Assembly: GCA_040768745.1 (NCBI GenBank)
Contig: JAXGMI010000001.1
Coordinates: 1,248,001-1,312,000 of the forward strand
DNA length: 64,000 bases
Direction of reading: 5' to 3'
From: Desulfomicrobium sp.
GTDB taxonomy: Bacteria; Desulfobacterota; Desulfovibrionia; Desulfovibrionales; Desulfomicrobiaceae
The notes under the pieces were generated by a model, which was not told the origin of the DNA, did not search any database, and saw nothing but the letters and a program-made list of their open reading frames with translations. Positions within the stretch are counted from its first letter, which is position 1. Every line of letters starts with the position of its first letter. Below, in pieces: positions 60,122-64,000 of this stretch. The position numbers and the translations under genes were made by a program.

Positions 60122-60171
60122 CCGGGCTTTTCCACCATCCAACCAGCATCCTCACAAGGACGTATCGTTCC

Positions 60172-62055
60172 ATGCATGCCATCTGTTTCACCGCTTTGCT
60201 GCTCAGCATGCTGACAGCGGTGGGCCTCGCCGCCCTGGCCGGCATAAAGGCCCTGAAGGATGATTTCGGCACCGTGCCCCTTTTGGAAAAAGGCCAGCTG
60301 GCCTTGACCGTTGTGGTGGTTGTCGTATCCGTTGTGCTCGTCCAGGCCCTGGCGGTCAGGGATTTTTCCTATGCCTATGTCCGGGACTACACCGACACGT
60401 TCCTGCCCCTCTTCTACGCCGTGACGGCCTTCTGGGCCGGCCAGAACGGGTCCTTCCTGTTCTGGTACCTCTGCGTGGCCGCCATGGGTTGGGTCATGAT
60501 CTTCACCCCGGGTTATTCCAGAATGGACGGCCGGACCAAGGTCTTTTTCTGGCTTTTTCTTTTTCTGGTCGAGATCTTTTTCCTTTACGCCCTGACAGGA
60601 CCAAGCAACCCATTCCTGAAGCTTGACCCTGTGCCCGACGAAGGACGGGGTCTCAACCCCCTGCTCCAGAATCCAGGCATGATCTTCCATCCTCCGCTGC
60701 TTTTCCTGGGTTACGCCGGGTACACAATCCCCTGCTGCCTGGCCCTGGCCTCCCGGCTGTCGGGCAATGGCAGGGAGTGGTTGGATTTATGCAGGAACTG
60801 GAACATTGTGGCCTGGATTTTTCTCACGGCAGGCATCATTCTCGGGGCCTGGTGGTCCTACATGGAACTGGGCTGGGGCGGATACTGGGCATGGGATCCG
60901 GTGGAGAACGCGTCCCTCATCCCCTGGCTGGCAGGGACCGCCTTCGTGCATACCTCCATTGTCGGTCGGACGCGCAAGACCCTGCTGCGGACCAACGTAT
61001 TCATGGCCTGTCTGACCCTGTGGCTCTGCTTCTTCGCGACCTTCGTGGTCCGCAGCGGGCTCATTGACTCCCTCCATGCCTTCGGGGGGAGCCGCATGGG
61101 CGTGCCCCTGCTGGTCTTCATGGTCGCAGGGTTTGTGCTGACCCTCTATGTCTGTCTGGTGCCCCGCAAGGATGACGCCTCCCATCTGGATGAGTTCATC
61201 AGCAGGCCAGGCATGCTTTTCCTGGCTTCCTGGCTTCTTCTCTGCCTGGGCGGCATCGTTTTGCTCGGCGTGATCTGGCCTGTGCTGAGCAGCCTGTGGA
61301 GCGCCAACCCGGTGGGACTGGACGCCGGCTTTTACAACCGGGTCTGCCTGCCCCTTTTCGCCTTTCTGGCCCTGATCATGGGCCTTTGTCCGTGGTTCGG
61401 CCAGAAAAGCGGCATCAACGACAAGCTCGGGCTCGGCATTGTCCTGGCCACAGGCATCGTATCCGCAGCGGCGGTCTATTCACTGGGCTATACCCAGCCA
61501 CTGGCGCTCCTGGCCACCGCATCGGGACTTATGATCGTGGTTTCCGTAGTTGCAACCTTCATCCGGACCAAGGGGTTGCGTTCTTTCCGGCCGGCATGGG
61601 GGGCGTACGGAGTGCACTTGGGCGTGGCCTTGATGGTCGTGGGTGTGGCCTTTTCCGGACCGTACAAGGTGGAGGGAGAGGCCTTGCTGACCAAAGGGCA
61701 GTCCATGAACGTCGGCGGGTATGTGGTGACCTTCCAGGACCTGCGGCATGATCACGACAATCCGGCCATGGACATGCACGAAGCGCTGCTGACCGTGACC
61801 AGGGATGGCCGCGACGTCGGGCAGCTCACTCCCCAGAAGCGGCTGTACCGCAACTTCGAGCAATCGTCTTTTGCCGAGGTTTCGGTCATCCCGTCCCTGG
61901 GCGAGGAGGTCTACGCCACCCTGCTTGGCTTCAACGAGACAGGGGCGGTCAGCCTGAAGGTCAGCATCAACCCGCTGGTGAACTGGATCTGGATCGGCGG
62001 GACGCTGTCCTGCCTCATCGCCTTCTTGTGCTGGAGAAAGATCGAGCCTCGATGA
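60172..62055 (+). CDS. ccmF: Cytochrome c biogenesis heme lyase
   Basis: GLNPLLQN..HPP, LGWGGYWAWDPVENAS, SLHAF. Confidence 0.95.
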   Translation: MHAICFTALLLSMLTAVGLAALAGIKALKDDFGTVPLLEKGQLALTVVVVVVSVVLVQALAVRDFSYAYVRDYTDTFLPLFYAVTAFWAGQNGSFLFWYLCVAAMGWVMIFTPGYSRMDGRTKVFFWLFLFLVEIFFLYALTGPSNPFLKLDPVPDEGRGLNPLLQNPGMIFHPPLLFLGYAGYTIPCCLALASRLSGNGREWLDLCRNWNIVAWIFLTAGIILGAWWSYMELGWGGYWAWDPVENASLIPWLAGTAFVHTSIVGRTRKTLLRTNVFMACLTLWLCFFATFVVRSGLIDSLHAFGGSRMGVPLLVFMVAGFVLTLYVCLVPRKDDASHLDEFISRPGMLFLASWLLLCLGGIVLLGVIWPVLSSLWSANPVGLDAGFYNRVCLPLFAFLALIMGLCPWFGQKSGINDKLGLGIVLATGIVSAAAVYSLGYTQPLALLATASGLMIVVSVVATFIRTKGLRSFRPAWGAYGVHLGVALMVVGVAFSGPYKVEGEALLTKGQSMNVGGYVVTFQDLRHDHDNPAMDMHEALLTVTRDGRDVGQLTPQKRLYRNFEQSSFAEVSVIPSLGEEVYATLLGFNETGAVSLKVSINPLVNWIWIGGTLSCLIAFLCWRKIEPR

Positions 62056-62711
62056 TGGGTGCCAGACCCCTGCTTCGACTGGACGCGGTCAGCCATTTTT
62101 TCGGCTCGCGTCTGATCTTCAAGGGTGTGACCTGCGCCCTTGAACCAGGCAGCATTATGCTTGTGGCCGGGCCTAACGGGGCGGGCAAGTCCACTCTCCT
62201 GAAGATCATGGCCGGACTTCTCACGCCCCAGGCCGGACGGGTCGAACGGACGGTCCCAGATCGGGCCATGGCCTTCATGGGCCATCAGACCTTCATCTAT
62301 CCATCCCTTTCGGCCTTGGCGAATCTGGAATTCTGGGACGCGCTCTACGGCCGACGGTTGGACCAGGCCGGGATCATGGCCCTTCTGGACAGGGTTGGCC
62401 TGAAAGCCTTTGCCCTGGAAGCGGCCGGGACCTTTTCCCGGGGCATGGCCCAGCGCCTTTCCCTGGCCCGGGCACTTCTGGTAGATCCCCTTCTCCTGTT
62501 CCTGGATGAACCGGCCACTGGCCTGGACAAAGCCTCCCTTACCCTGCTGCACGGTGAACTGGAGAAAGCCCGGATCCGCGGGGCCGGAATTGTGTGGATC
62601 TCCCACGACCTGGAGCGTGATCTGCCCAGGGCTGACACCCTGCTGCGCCTTGGCGGGCGGGCCATGACCTATTTTGGCCCGGCCTCTGGTCTGGATGTGG
62701 AGGGGTCATGA
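62052..62711 (+). CDS. ccmA: Heme exporter ATPase
   Basis: GPNGAGKST, FSRGMAQR, LDEP. Confidence 0.88.
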   Translation: MMGARPLLRLDAVSHFFGSRLIFKGVTCALEPGSIMLVAGPNGAGKSTLLKIMAGLLTPQAGRVERTVPDRAMAFMGHQTFIYPSLSALANLEFWDALYGRRLDQAGIMALLDRVGLKAFALEAAGTFSRGMAQRLSLARALLVDPLLLFLDEPATGLDKASLTLLHGELEKARIRGAGIVWISHDLERDLPRADTLLRLGGRAMTYFGPASGLDVEGS

Positions 62712-63382
62712 TTGGTCATGCAATGGCCGTGGCCCACAAGGATTTGCGCCTGGCCTTCGCCCATGGGCAGGGTCCGGTCCAGGCCATTCTGCTCGGCCTT
62801 CTGCTGGTGTTCATGTTCTCTCTTTCGGCCCAGCCAGGCGAGCGTTTCACGCCCCAGCAGGGTGTGGCCATTTTTTGGCTGTGCAGCGCCTTTGGCGTGG
62901 TCCTCATTTTTTCGCTCCTCTTTCGCTTCGAGGAGGAGAACGATACGGCCACCGCCTTGCTCCTCTCCCCCCTGCCAATCCAGGGACTGTGGCTGGGCAA
63001 GACCATGGCCGGGTTCGTGCTGCTGGCCCTCTGCCAAGTTTTCTTCTTTCCCGCCGCCCTGGTCTTTCTGGGTCTGGACCCCGGAGGGAGTCTGGGCTCC
63101 ATGCTGGTCATGGTCGTGAGCGTGGATCTGGGGCTGTGCATCCTGGGCGGGCTGGTCGGGGCCATGGGGCACGGCCAGGGCGCCAAGGACGCGCTGCTGA
63201 CCATCATCGTTTTTCCGCTGCAGATTCCTCTTCTGCTGGGCGGAATCCGCATTGGAGTCGGGCTCATGCAGGGCGAGGACCTGGCTGGGCTGGGCGACTG
63301 GTTCGGGCTGGTCTTGGCCTTTGACGCCGTTTTTGCCGGAGCGGCGCTTTTTCTCTTTCCCCATGTTTTCCGCGGCGAATGA
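62708..63382 (+). CDS. ccmB: Heme exporter permease
   Basis: KDLRL.., FEEEND, 6 TM, FPLQIP. Confidence 0.88.
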   Translation: MIGHAMAVAHKDLRLAFAHGQGPVQAILLGLLLVFMFSLSAQPGERFTPQQGVAIFWLCSAFGVVLIFSLLFRFEEENDTATALLLSPLPIQGLWLGKTMAGFVLLALCQVFFFPAALVFLGLDPGGSLGSMLVMVVSVDLGLCILGGLVGAMGHGQGAKDALLTIIVFPLQIPLLLGGIRIGVGLMQGEDLAGLGDWFGLVLAFDAVFAGAALFLFPHVFRGE

Positions 63383-63393
63383 GGGACGGTTGG

Positions 63394-64000
63394 ATGGAAC
63401 GAATGCACTCAAGATGGCTCATGCTCCTGGCGCCAGCCGCCATGGCCCTGATGACCGTGGGGCAGTACTTCATTTGGATCTATGCCCCGGAAGAAGCGAC
63501 CATGGGCCTGGTGCAGAAGATTTTTTATTTTCACCTCCCTTTGGCGTGGTGGGCCTTTGCCGCATTTTTCGGGGTTTTTGTGTCCAGCATCCTTGTTCTT
63601 GTGACCAAGCGGGAAGACTGGGATGTCTGGGCCGCGGCCCTGGCCGAAGCGGGGGTGCTCCTGAGCGGTCTGGCCCTGGTGAGCGGGTCCGTCTGGGGGC
63701 GGGCGGCGTGGAATACATGGTGGACCTGGGACCCGCGATTGTCCACGACCCTGGTCATGTGGTTCGTATACGCGGGCTACCTCGTGCTGCGGGCCGCAGA
63801 CGTCGGCGGGGCCAAGGCTGCGCGAGTGCGGGCCGTCCTGGGCATCGTCGCTTTTCTGGACGTGCCCCTGGTGTTTGTTTCCGCCCGGCTGTGGCGCTCC
63901 ATCCACCCGTCTGTTTTTGCGTCCAAAAGCGGAGGCCTCGAGCCGGAAATGTGGACGACTGTTTGGATCAATGTTCTGGCCTGGGGTGTGCTCTGCACGG
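63394..64000 (+). CDS. ccmC: Heme exporter CcmC, truncated by the window end (absent from the ORF track)
   Basis: Manual translation ..APEEATMGLVQKIFYFHLP..GSVWGRAAWNTWWTWDPRL..SIHP. Confidence 0.92.
   Translation, partial: MERMHSRWLMLLAPAAMALMTVGQYFIWIYAPEEATMGLVQKIFYFHLPLAWWAFAAFFGVFVSSILVLVTKREDWDVWAAALAEAGVLLSGLALVSGSVWGRAAWNTWWTWDPRLSTTLVMWFVYAGYLVLRAADVGGAKAARVRAVLGIVAFLDVPLVFVSARLWRSIHPSVFASKSGGLEPEMWTTVWINVLAWGVLCT

Overview
Chromosomal window of a GC-rich sulfate-reducing deltaproteobacterium (Desulfovibrionales; Desulfomicrobium-like by gene content, an inference). It is mostly core genome. Energy and housekeeping loci: qrcABCD, a cobalamin riboswitch ahead of nrdG-nrdD, tupABC, hsp20-Lon-trxB, rplU-rpmA-obgE-proB, an oxygen-defence run (fur/perR-dfx-rub-roo-HEAT-cydAB), LPS genes and ccmEFABC. 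Two identical tRNA-Asn genes flank a TunR-like regulator. An accessory block at about 21.2-33.8 kb encodes taurine desulfonation (xsc, tpa, ald, a TRAP transporter) with a GntR/HutC regulator and repeated GTCTAGAC sites. It also carries an intact phnX with no phnW in the window, and ends at a complete IS1634 element (15-bp TIRs, 6-bp TSD). Two top candidates for something undescribed: (1) a 75-codon ORF at 44313-44540, which the ORF track splits at an in-frame TGA; it has a Cys-TGA-His motif and a SECIS-like hairpin 11 nt downstream, so it may be a new selenoprotein; (2) a hybrid sulfonate/phosphonate (taurine plus 2-aminoethylphosphonate) catabolic cluster. All calls come from reading the sequence and recalled family motifs; no database searches were run.
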